Shown piece after piece: positions 56,905-64,000 of a stretch of 64,000 nt of DNA. The stretch covers positions 170-64,169 of the forward strand of contig DATMRA010000130.1 of NCBI GenBank assembly GCA_035566535.1, in the 5' to 3' direction. How positions within the stretch are numbered: the stretch's first letter is position 1; each line of letters begins with the position of its first letter. This stretch comes from Candidatus Acidiferrales bacterium (GTDB taxonomy: Bacteria > Chloroflexota > Dormibacteria > Aeolococcales > Aeolococcaceae). The notes beneath the pieces are model-generated. The model saw nothing but the letters and a program-made list of their open reading frames with translations, was not told the DNA's origin and searched no databases. A program made the position numbers and the translations under genes.

Positions 56905-57579
56905 TCAGAGTGGGGCAGGCTGCGGCGCTGCGGACGTGACCTTCGCCGCCGGCGTGGCCCGGCGCCGAGCGCGGGTGCCGGAGCCTTTCGCCGTTCGCTT
57001 TGCGGTTGTCGCGCGCGGCCGCGCCGTGCGCTTCGCGGTCGTGCGCTTCGCGGTCGTGCGCTTCGCGGTCGTGCGTTTCGCGGTTGTGCGCTTCGCGGTC
57101 GTGCGTTTCGCGGTTGTACGCTTCACAGCCGTCGCGCGCTTGGTCGCGGGTTTGCGGCCGGCGGTCTTGCGTGCCGCAGCTGGAGCGGCTCGCTTCCGAG
57201 CCACTGTCGTGCGCTTGGCTCCTGCTGGCGCCGCCCGCTTGCGTGGGGCGGCGCGCTTGCGCGCGGTTGTGCGCCGCGTCGTGCGCGACGCAGACGTTGC
57301 GGTCACGCGCGCCACCGCTCGTCCGGCGATTCGACTGGTCGCCGCAGACAATTGCGTCTCCGCTGCCTGCAGTCTGATCGCGAGCTTCTCGGCGTTCTTC
57401 GTCGCGGTGGCCGCCTTTTGGCTGGCTTTCCGATGCGCGCTTCGCGTCTGGTTCACGAGCTTGCGCAGTGCTTTGAGCTCACTTGCCTGCTTTTTCTGCA
57501 CCTTCTTGGGCAGCGCTCGTTTGGCCGCAGCGGCGGAGACGGCCACCGTCCGCCGTGCCGGTCTGGTTTTCGCCCGCAT
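56905..57579 (-). CDS. Highly basic histone-H1-like / AlgP-like repeat protein (paralogue 2), with TAKRT pentapeptide repeats
   Basis: 224 aa with the same architecture as the 2291-3004 protein: basic N-terminus, a coiled-coil (ELKALRKLV...AEKLAIRLQAAETQLSAA), then repeats of AKRTT. Lies 45 nt downstream of ppx on the same strand. Confidence 0.6.
   Translation of the reverse strand: MRAKTRPARRTVAVSAAAAKRALPKKVQKKQASELKALRKLVNQTRSAHRKASQKAATATKNAEKLAIRLQAAETQLSAATSRIAGRAVARVTATSASRTTRRTTARKRAAPRKRAAPAGAKRTTVARKRAAPAAARKTAGRKPATKRATAVKRTTAKRTTAKRTTAKRTTAKRTTAKRTTAKRTARPRATTAKRTAKGSGTRARRRATPAAKVTSAAPQPAPL
57026..57127 (-). repeat. About 6.7x 15-bp coding tandem repeat (gtgcgcttcgcggtc on plus strand) encoding AKRTT units
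   Basis: Directly visible periodicity, within the CDS at 56905-57579. Confidence 0.85.
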
Positions 57580-57624
57580 CGCTGAACCCCCATATATGAA
57601 TTACGTGCTGCTGTCTACCACACG

Positions 57625-59256
57625 TCAGAGCCCGACTGCAATGCCGGCGGCACCGAGTCTGTCGCCGCTCCCGCCCTCGAGCACCAGCTCTCTCCCGAAC
57701 ACACCACGAAATCGCGCAGCGAGTTCGCCAGGCATCCAGTCATGTGGCATCGGCACCGTCAGGACGACGTCTTTGCGGTCGTCCTGCCGGGCCACCGAGA
57801 CGGCGGCGCCTCGGGGCATGCGCCGCTCGACTTCGTCCGCCAGGGCCAGCAATACCGCCGCTCGGTTGAGACCGCGACTGTCGGCCGCGTCCCACAGCAT
57901 CGAGTACGGGTCGAAGCTCGCCCGTCCTTTGCCGGCGCGCACGATGAGTGACGCCATCATCCCGATGCTGCGGTGCGAGAACCCGTGCAGGTCAGCGGAG
58001 ACAACAATCTCCGCGGCGTGGTCCCAGCGACGGTAATAGTCCACGCTGCGGCCCACGTCCAGGATGGTCGCCGCTTGTTCGAGCGCGTCGCGCAGCTCCT
58101 CGGAGGCTCCAGGCAGCATGACGTCCCAGAGGGCGCCGGCGACTCGCGCGCGCCGGCGCGCGCGATCACCATCCCACGTGGTGAAACGCGAGGCGATGGC
58201 AGCGATGGACGCGCGCCGGACAGCGGCAGGCGAGGGCATGTATCGCGCGAATTCCTCGTAGACCACGCCTTCACGCAGCCCCTGCCCCGAGACAGTGACG
58301 TCACCTGCGCCGAGGCTGTCAATGACCGTCTGCACCACGAGGACGCCGCCCACAATCGAGTCGGCACGGTCAGCGGAAAGGCCCGGCAGAGCAGCTCGCC
58401 GAACCAGCCGTCGCGCAACGAGTCGGGAGCCGATGTCGCGCAGCGCTTTCCGTCCCAGCGTATAGCCGTGCAGCCGTGGAATCGGGTAGGTGATGGTGGC
58501 TCGATGCATCTTCGCCAGGTTGCGAATGGTGCCTCCGGTGCCAACCATGCGCTCGTCGTCGCGCATCGGTATGACGTCGGCGCTGCGCAGCGTCTTGAGG
58601 ACATGGTCCTGCAATGCCGCTATCTCGTTTTGCTTGGGTGGGTCGCTGCCAAGAAAGACATCGGTCATCCGCAATGCACCGAGCGGCAGCGTCCAGCTTT
58701 CCTGGGCCCTCCGATTGCGAAAGTGCGCAATCTCCAGGCTTCCGCCGCCGACGTCGACGAGCATGCCGTGGTCGATCGGGAGCCCGTTGACCGCTCCGCT
58801 GAAGGCGAGGCGAGCTTCTTCGTCCCCGTCGATGACGCGGATGTTCAACCCGGTCTCGCGCCGCAGCCGTCCCACGAACTGGTCGCTGTTGACAGCCTCT
58901 CTCACCGCAGCGGTCGCCAGGGCAATGGTGCGCCTCGCTCCCGACCCGGCCGCGACCGCCATGAAGTCGAACAGCGCGGCCAGCGTGCGCTCCTCCGCGG
59001 CGGGGCTGAGGCTGCCCGACTTGTCGATGTCGCTCATCAACCGCAGTGACGTCCGCGCCTCGGAAAGGATTTCCAAGTGGCCGTTGGCGGTCACGCGCAC
59101 CACGATGATGCGGCCCGAGTTGGAGCCGATGTCGATGACTGCCAGCGGCTGAGTGGGCAAGCCAGCTCCTGATGGCGGCGCTTCTGTCGACCAGTATACG
59201 AGGGGCCCCGGAGCGGGCAGCGCATGCCGCGTCGCACCTCTTGACCACCTCGACAC
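57625..59256 (-). CDS. ppx: Exopolyphosphatase / guanosine pentaphosphate phosphohydrolase (Ppx/GppA)
   Basis: ASKHA fold N-terminus (AVIDIGSNSGRI, DVGGGS) and a C-terminal HD-like domain. Confidence 0.85.
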   Translation of the reverse strand: MSRWSRGATRHALPAPGPLVYWSTEAPPSGAGLPTQPLAVIDIGSNSGRIIVVRVTANGHLEILSEARTSLRLMSDIDKSGSLSPAAEERTLAALFDFMAVAAGSGARRTIALATAAVREAVNSDQFVGRLRRETGLNIRVIDGDEEARLAFSGAVNGLPIDHGMLVDVGGGSLEIAHFRNRRAQESWTLPLGALRMTDVFLGSDPPKQNEIAALQDHVLKTLRSADVIPMRDDERMVGTGGTIRNLAKMHRATITYPIPRLHGYTLGRKALRDIGSRLVARRLVRRAALPGLSADRADSIVGGVLVVQTVIDSLGAGDVTVSGQGLREGVVYEEFARYMPSPAAVRRASIAAIASRFTTWDGDRARRRARVAGALWDVMLPGASEELRDALEQAATILDVGRSVDYYRRWDHAAEIVVSADLHGFSHRSIGMMASLIVRAGKGRASFDPYSMLWDAADSRGLNRAAVLLALADEVERRMPRGAAVSVARQDDRKDVVLTVPMPHDWMPGELAARFRGVFGRELVLEGGSGDRLGAAGIAVGL

Positions 59257-59508
59257 GCCTTGTTAACCATTTGGAAAACTCCTCACGGTGTCGATACGGA
59301 AGCGCGAGGCAAGCGCATATTGCCGCCTTGAGCGGGTTATCCTGCCGGGGTGGTGCAGCACGATGACTGTCGTTTTCTCTATCGCCAGAACAATTCGGCT
59401 CGCTGACCGTCCGTGATCCAGCAGCCACGAAACCGAGCCGCAGAGCGTAGCCGGACGCCGACCAACGGACGGACGAACGACGCCCCGCAACTGGCGCTCG
59501 AGGCCGTG

Positions 59509-61581
59509 ATGCCACTCGAGCAATCCGCGATCGTGGCCGACGAGTTCGGCCAGCTGATCAACCGCGAGCTCAGCTGGCTCGACTTCAACCGGCGCGTCCT
59601 GGCGCTCGCCGAGGACGCGAGCACGCCGCTCTTGGAGCGGGCCAAGTTTCTGGCCATCTTCAGCCGCAATCTCGACGAGTTCTTCCAAGTTCGAGTTGGC
59701 GGCCTGAAGCAACAGGTTGTGCTTGGCGTCACCCAGCGTTCGCCGGATGGTATGACCCCGCGCGAGCAGCTCCGCGCCATCCGCGCCGGGGTGAGCGAAA
59801 TGGTGGCGCGCCATTCACGCTGCTTCAACGACGACGTTGCGGTCCGCTTTGAGCGCGCCGGTATCCAGCTGGTGGGATGGAATTCGCTCGAGGAGCCCGA
59901 CCGCTCGCATCTCTCCGAGGTGTTCGCGAGCACGATCTTCCCGGTCCTGACCCCACTCGCGGTGGATCCCGCGCATCCGTTTCCGTACATCTCGAATCTG
60001 TCGCTCAACCTGGCTGTCGTGGTGCGCGATGTGGATGCGCAGATGTCGCACGTGGCGCGCATCAAGGTGCCGCCGCTGCTGCATCGCTTCGTGCCGCTGC
60101 CCGACGGCGAGCGCTTCATCGCCATCGAGCAGGTGATCGCGGCACACCTGACCGAGCTCTTCCCGCAGATGCGCATCGTGTCGCATCACTCCTTCCGGCT
60201 CACACGCAACGCCGACTACGAGCTCGAGGCGGAGGAGGGCGAGGATCTGCTCGAAGCAGTGCAGACGATTCTCGAGCAGCGCCGCCGTTCACCCCTTGCG
60301 GTGCGTCTCGAGATCGAAGCTGGGATGACGGATGAGGTGCGCGAGCTACTGGTGCGTGAGCTGGATCTCGAAGCCGACGATGTGTACCCGATCACCGCTC
60401 CGCTCGACCTCGTGGGGCTCTGGGAGCTGCATGAGCTCGACAGGGCCGACCTCAAGTACGGGTCGTGGACGCCGGTGACCCCTCCCGCATTCACGTCGAC
60501 CCGCGGCGAGGGCCCGCCGGACATCTTCCGGGTGCTGCGCTCGCAGGGCGTGCTCGTCCAGCACCCATACGAGTCGTTCGAGGCGTCGGTCGAGGCCTTC
60601 GTCGAACAGGCTGCCGCGGATTCACGGGTGCTCGCGATAAAGCAGACGCTGTATCGCACCAGCGGCATCGCATCACCGATCATTCACGCCCTCATCCGCG
60701 CGGCACAGAGTGGCAAGCAGGTGGTCGCCCTCATCGAGCTCACCGCACGATTCGATGAACAAGCGAACATCGAGTGGGCGCAAATGCTCGAGGACGCGGG
60801 CGTGCACGTCGTGTACGGAATCGTCGGTCTGAAAACCCACGCCAAGCTGACGCTGGTTGTGCGCCAGGAGGACGCCGGCATTCGCCGGTACTGTCACCTG
60901 GGGACGGGTAACTACAACCCGGATACCGCCCGCATCTACGAGGACATCGGCCTGCTCACCGACGACCAGGACTTCGGCGCGGACCTCTCCGACCTGTTCA
61001 ATCTGCTCACCGGGTACAGCCGGCAACGCGACTACCGCCAGCTCCTTGTCGCGCCGCTGACCATGCGTGGTTCATTGCATGAGCTCATCGACCGCGAGGC
61101 CCACCCTCAGGGGCTCATCTCCATCAAGGTGAACAGCCTCGTCGACAGCGACGTCATACGCGCGCTCTATCGCGCATCGCAGGCGGGAGCTGACGTCGAC
61201 CTGCTGGTCCGCGGCATTTGTTGCCTGCGTCCGGGAGTGCCCGGCTTGTCGGAACGCATCCGGGTGCGCTCCATCGTGGGGCGATACCTTGAGCACTCGC
61301 GCATCTATCGCTTCGGCGATTCCCCGGATGCCACGTACTACGCAGGCTCGGCCGACCTGATGCCGCGCAACCTCGATCGCCGGTTGGAGGTTCTCTTTCC
61401 TGTGCTCTCAGCTCCGCTGCGGAGTCGTGTCGACGAGATTCTCGACACGACGTGGTCCGATGATGTGCTCGCCTGGGAGCTGAAGGGCGACCACTGGAGC
61501 AAGGTGCCCACCGTTCACGGCGTCAACGCGCACGAACGCCTGCAGCAGCTGGCTCTCGACCGCGCGCACTCCGTCGGGTGA
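59509..61581 (+). CDS. ppk1: Polyphosphate kinase 1
   Basis: N-terminal NRELSWLDFNRRVL; two PLD-like HKD-type domains; full-length PPK1 similarity. Start is ATG 59509, or possibly GTG 59413. Confidence 0.9.
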   Translation: MPLEQSAIVADEFGQLINRELSWLDFNRRVLALAEDASTPLLERAKFLAIFSRNLDEFFQVRVGGLKQQVVLGVTQRSPDGMTPREQLRAIRAGVSEMVARHSRCFNDDVAVRFERAGIQLVGWNSLEEPDRSHLSEVFASTIFPVLTPLAVDPAHPFPYISNLSLNLAVVVRDVDAQMSHVARIKVPPLLHRFVPLPDGERFIAIEQVIAAHLTELFPQMRIVSHHSFRLTRNADYELEAEEGEDLLEAVQTILEQRRRSPLAVRLEIEAGMTDEVRELLVRELDLEADDVYPITAPLDLVGLWELHELDRADLKYGSWTPVTPPAFTSTRGEGPPDIFRVLRSQGVLVQHPYESFEASVEAFVEQAAADSRVLAIKQTLYRTSGIASPIIHALIRAAQSGKQVVALIELTARFDEQANIEWAQMLEDAGVHVVYGIVGLKTHAKLTLVVRQEDAGIRRYCHLGTGNYNPDTARIYEDIGLLTDDQDFGADLSDLFNLLTGYSRQRDYRQLLVAPLTMRGSLHELIDREAHPQGLISIKVNSLVDSDVIRALYRASQAGADVDLLVRGICCLRPGVPGLSERIRVRSIVGRYLEHSRIYRFGDSPDATYYAGSADLMPRNLDRRLEVLFPVLSAPLRSRVDEILDTTWSDDVLAWELKGDHWSKVPTVHGVNAHERLQQLALDRAHSVG

Positions 61582-63071
61582 GCCGGGCTCGCCTGCGGCG
61601 GTGGACCCTCGCCGCGGGTCCCCGTTACCGGGCGCCCGATTTGGCGTCAATCGAGGGCGTGGCAGCGGCCGGCACCGAGACGCGTTCCGCCACCGTCACG
61701 TACTACGACACGGAAGACCTCCGGCTCGCGCGATGGGGCTGCCGCCTGTGCCACGGCGGTGATGGCTGGACGCTGATGCTCGGTCGCGACGGGGCCAGTG
61801 GGCCGCAGCTTGTTGATCGCGAAATGCACTTTGCGGGCACGGCCGCCGGTCCCCCGGACGCTGCGGTCGACCTGGTGACGGGCCTCACGCGGGGTGCGCC
61901 ACTTCATCGCGTGCTGCGCACGCGCAGCGAGACCGTGCACACATCGCTGGCAACGCTCGACGGGGACGCCCTCGCCGACATCGTCGATGAGCGCGTCACG
62001 GTCTTGGAAGGGCGCCGCATCACCTCACGATTTCGCGATATCCACCTCACCGCGCTGCGCGGCGGCAACCACGGACATGAGCACCTGATCGACGCCGCAC
62101 TCGCGCTCGTCCGTGATGCGGGGGCGGCGGTCGAGGATCCGGCGCAGAGCTCCGCGCGAGCGCTCGGCCCTGCGGCGCTGCATGAGGCCGACGTGGTGGC
62201 ACCGGCGATGACGCGAAGGTCGTCCGCCGCCGACGCGATCCGCAGCGCAATCGCCGGCTCTGTGGCGCGGTTGATCCTGTACGACGCAGCCGTGCGAATC
62301 GGCCAGGACCCCGAAGGCGTTCACCAGGCGCGCGTGGCGACCCGCCGCCTCCGCTCGGACCTGAGGACGTTCCGAACGCTCCTCGACGAGGCCTGGACGC
62401 AGCGGCTGCGCGACGACCTGCACGGCCTGGCCGATCAACTCGGCAAGGTGCGCGACGCGGATGTCCTCCTTGGGAGGCTCTCTGAAGCGGTCGCCAGCCT
62501 CCCTGAGCGCGACCGCCCGGGTGCGGCTCCGGCACTGGCAGCCCTGTCGCGATCTCGGGACGAGGCGCGCGCCGAACTCCTCCACGTCCTCAGGTCGCCG
62601 GGGTACACCGCGCTGCTCGACGAGCTCGTCGCGGCCGCGGCTGATCCGCACACGACTCCGGAGGCCGCCGGCAACGCGGCCGATCTCCTGCCGCCCCTGG
62701 CGGCCACCCCCTGGCGCCGGCTGCGCAAACGGGTGAGCTCACTCGGCGACACCCCCCCTGACGCGGACCTTCACCAGGTACGAATCCTCGCCAAGCGGGC
62801 CAGGTATGCAGCCGAAGCCGTGGCCCCGGTCGCGAGGCGGTCGGTCGCGGCGTTCGCCCGAGCCGTCGCAGCCGTTCAGGACCAGCTGGGCGAGCATCAC
62901 GACGCGGTCGTCGCTGAGGCCTGGCTGCACGGGCCGGGCGCGGCGGGGGCTGACGCATTCGCTCTCGGCGAGCTCGTTGGCCTGGAACGGGCGCGAGCCA
63001 GCCGCGCCCGGGCCGGCTGGCCGCGGTTTTGGAAGGCAGCCAAGTCGGCACACCCCAGCAAGTGGGCGTGA
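61578..63071 (+). CDS. CYTH (triphosphate tunnel metalloenzyme) + CHAD domain protein
   Basis: N-terminal CYTH-like beta-barrel region, then CHAD helical repeats with conserved His/Arg (RVATRRLRS..., HQVRILAKRARYAAE, HHDAVV). GTGA overlap with ppk1. Confidence 0.7.
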   Translation: MSRARLRRWTLAAGPRYRAPDLASIEGVAAAGTETRSATVTYYDTEDLRLARWGCRLCHGGDGWTLMLGRDGASGPQLVDREMHFAGTAAGPPDAAVDLVTGLTRGAPLHRVLRTRSETVHTSLATLDGDALADIVDERVTVLEGRRITSRFRDIHLTALRGGNHGHEHLIDAALALVRDAGAAVEDPAQSSARALGPAALHEADVVAPAMTRRSSAADAIRSAIAGSVARLILYDAAVRIGQDPEGVHQARVATRRLRSDLRTFRTLLDEAWTQRLRDDLHGLADQLGKVRDADVLLGRLSEAVASLPERDRPGAAPALAALSRSRDEARAELLHVLRSPGYTALLDELVAAAADPHTTPEAAGNAADLLPPLAATPWRRLRKRVSSLGDTPPDADLHQVRILAKRARYAAEAVAPVARRSVAAFARAVAAVQDQLGEHHDAVVAEAWLHGPGAAGADAFALGELVGLERARASRARAGWPRFWKAAKSAHPSKWA

Positions 63072-63535
63072 GCAGTGTCTACCTCGTGCGCCACGCAGAC
63101 GCCGGCAGCCGGCAGACCTGGCGCGGGCCTGACGATCGACGCCCGCTGAGCGACGACGGCTGGCGCCAGGCCCGGGCGCTCGTCGATCTCCTGGCCCCGG
63201 ATCGTTTCGACCGGGTCGTCTCGAGCCCATCCCTGCGCTGTGTCCAGACCGTGGATCCTCTGGCCGAAGCCAGGCGGGTCGCAGTGGAGGAGGACTCGCG
63301 GCTCCTGGAGGGTCATGACCCTCGGGACACCGCGAGCTGGCTCCTGGCTGAGGCATTGCTGAGATCGTTGGTGGCATGCACCCACGGCGACCTCGTCCCG
63401 GCTGTGCTCACGGCCCTGGAGGCTGCCGGCGCCTCGGTTCCCGTCGAGCGGCGGTGGCCGAAAGCGTCCACGTGGGTTCTGGAATTCGAGGGCGGCCGCT
63501 GGGCGAGCGTGCGCTACCTGCCGCCCCCGGGCTGA
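63068..63535 (+). CDS. Histidine phosphatase superfamily protein (SixA-like phosphohistidine phosphatase)
   Basis: RHG motif (YLVRHADAG) and size of about 155 aa. GTGA overlap with the upstream CYTH-CHAD gene. Confidence 0.7.
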   Translation: MSSVYLVRHADAGSRQTWRGPDDRRPLSDDGWRQARALVDLLAPDRFDRVVSSPSLRCVQTVDPLAEARRVAVEEDSRLLEGHDPRDTASWLLAEALLRSLVACTHGDLVPAVLTALEAAGASVPVERRWPKASTWVLEFEGGRWASVRYLPPPG

Positions 63536-63566
63536 GACGAGCGCAGGCACCATCCACACTGTGCGG

Positions 63567-64000
63567 GTGAAGCGCTTGGGCGAGCTCCTCTCCGTCGCCG
63601 GGCTCGCCGGCGACGGTGACGCCGACGCCGAGGTGACCGGCGTGGAGTACGACTCCCGGCGCTGCTCACCCGGTTCGCTCTTCGTCGCCGTACGAGGGTT
63701 TCACGTGGACGGGAACGACTTCATTCCCGAGGCCGTGGCCCGAGGCGCAGTCGCGGTGGTTTCCGAGCACTCGGCTCCGGCTGCCGGCGTGGCCGCGTTC
63801 TTCTTCGTCGCAGACAGCAGAGCCGCGCTCTCCGCGCTGGCAGCGGCGTTCTACGACCGTCCGAGCGATGCGATGACCGTGGCCGGCATCACGGGGACAG
63901 ACGGGAAGACGACCACAGCAACGATGCTGTGGTCGGCCTGGCGCGCCGCCGGTATCGCTGCCGGTTCGCTGACAACCGTCGACTGGCGGTCGCAGGACGT
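63567..64000 (+). CDS. murE: Mur ligase family protein, probably UDP-N-acetylmuramoyl-tripeptide synthetase MurE, partial (runs off the window end)
   Basis: GTG start followed by GVEYDSRRCSPGSLFVAVRGFHVDGNDFI...GITGTDGKTTT (Mur ligase N-terminal domain and P-loop). No stop occurs within the window. Confidence 0.7.
   Translation, partial: MKRLGELLSVAGLAGDGDADAEVTGVEYDSRRCSPGSLFVAVRGFHVDGNDFIPEAVARGAVAVVSEHSAPAAGVAAFFFVADSRAALSALAAAFYDRPSDAMTVAGITGTDGKTTTATMLWSAWRAAGIAAGSLTTVDWRSQD

Noticed and set aside
56803-58036. Plus-strand ORFs (260 and 366 aa) running through the 15-bp repeat array
   Set aside because: They are antisense to the basic repeat protein and ppx. Their repetitive composition mirrors the coding repeats on the other strand.

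Overview
This is a 64-kb, roughly 70% GC chromosomal segment with an actinobacterial-style gene repertoire. It is densely packed with housekeeping genes, mostly with 4-nt overlapping starts and stops. No transposase, integrase, CRISPR array, rRNA or obvious tRNA was seen.

Recognisable content, start to end:
- gdhA, ltaE and a membrane GGDEF diguanylate cyclase.
- infA, then B12-dependent methionine synthase metH.
- Thiolase, a GT-C glycosyltransferase and the tldE/tldD protease pair.
- An orphan peptide-type substrate-binding protein divergent from a NarL-family two-component system whose histidine kinase carries a large extracytoplasmic sensor.
- A translationally coupled hom-thrC-thrB-ask operon, followed by ychF and a lipoate ligase-like gene.
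- A Get3/ArsA-family ATPase operon, then Nudix, CaCA and SDR genes, and a lprG-MFS (P55-like) lipoprotein/efflux pair.
- cca, rplI-dnaB, a cytoplasmic histidine kinase, fumC-like and hbd genes, and a DEAD-box helicase.
- A polyphosphate cluster: ppx, divergent from ppk1 / CYTH-CHAD / SixA-like.
- Partial genes at both edges: an NAD-epimerase (minus strand) at the start and murE at the end.

Things not explained by the standard annotation:
1. A family of four roughly 140-bp intergenic elements, each sitting 25-37 nt downstream of a stop codon. They share a roughly 80-bp conserved core containing a hairpin that shows compensatory base changes, and each core is enclosed by a different, locus-specific 18-22 bp inverted repeat. 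This looks like either a novel structured RNA family or a tiny element inserted into terminator hairpin loops.
2. A second near-identical roughly 72-bp repeat pair with a perfect hairpin, found downstream of gdhA and of the substrate-binding protein gene.
3. A three-gene operon in which a C-terminally tail-anchored protein is translationally coupled to a Get3/ArsA-like ATPase carrying an HSP20-like C-terminal domain.
4. Two paralogous, extremely basic proteins with tandem TAKRT / AARKP pentapeptide repeats encoded by 15-bp DNA tandem repeats. One lies directly downstream of ppx in the polyphosphate cluster.
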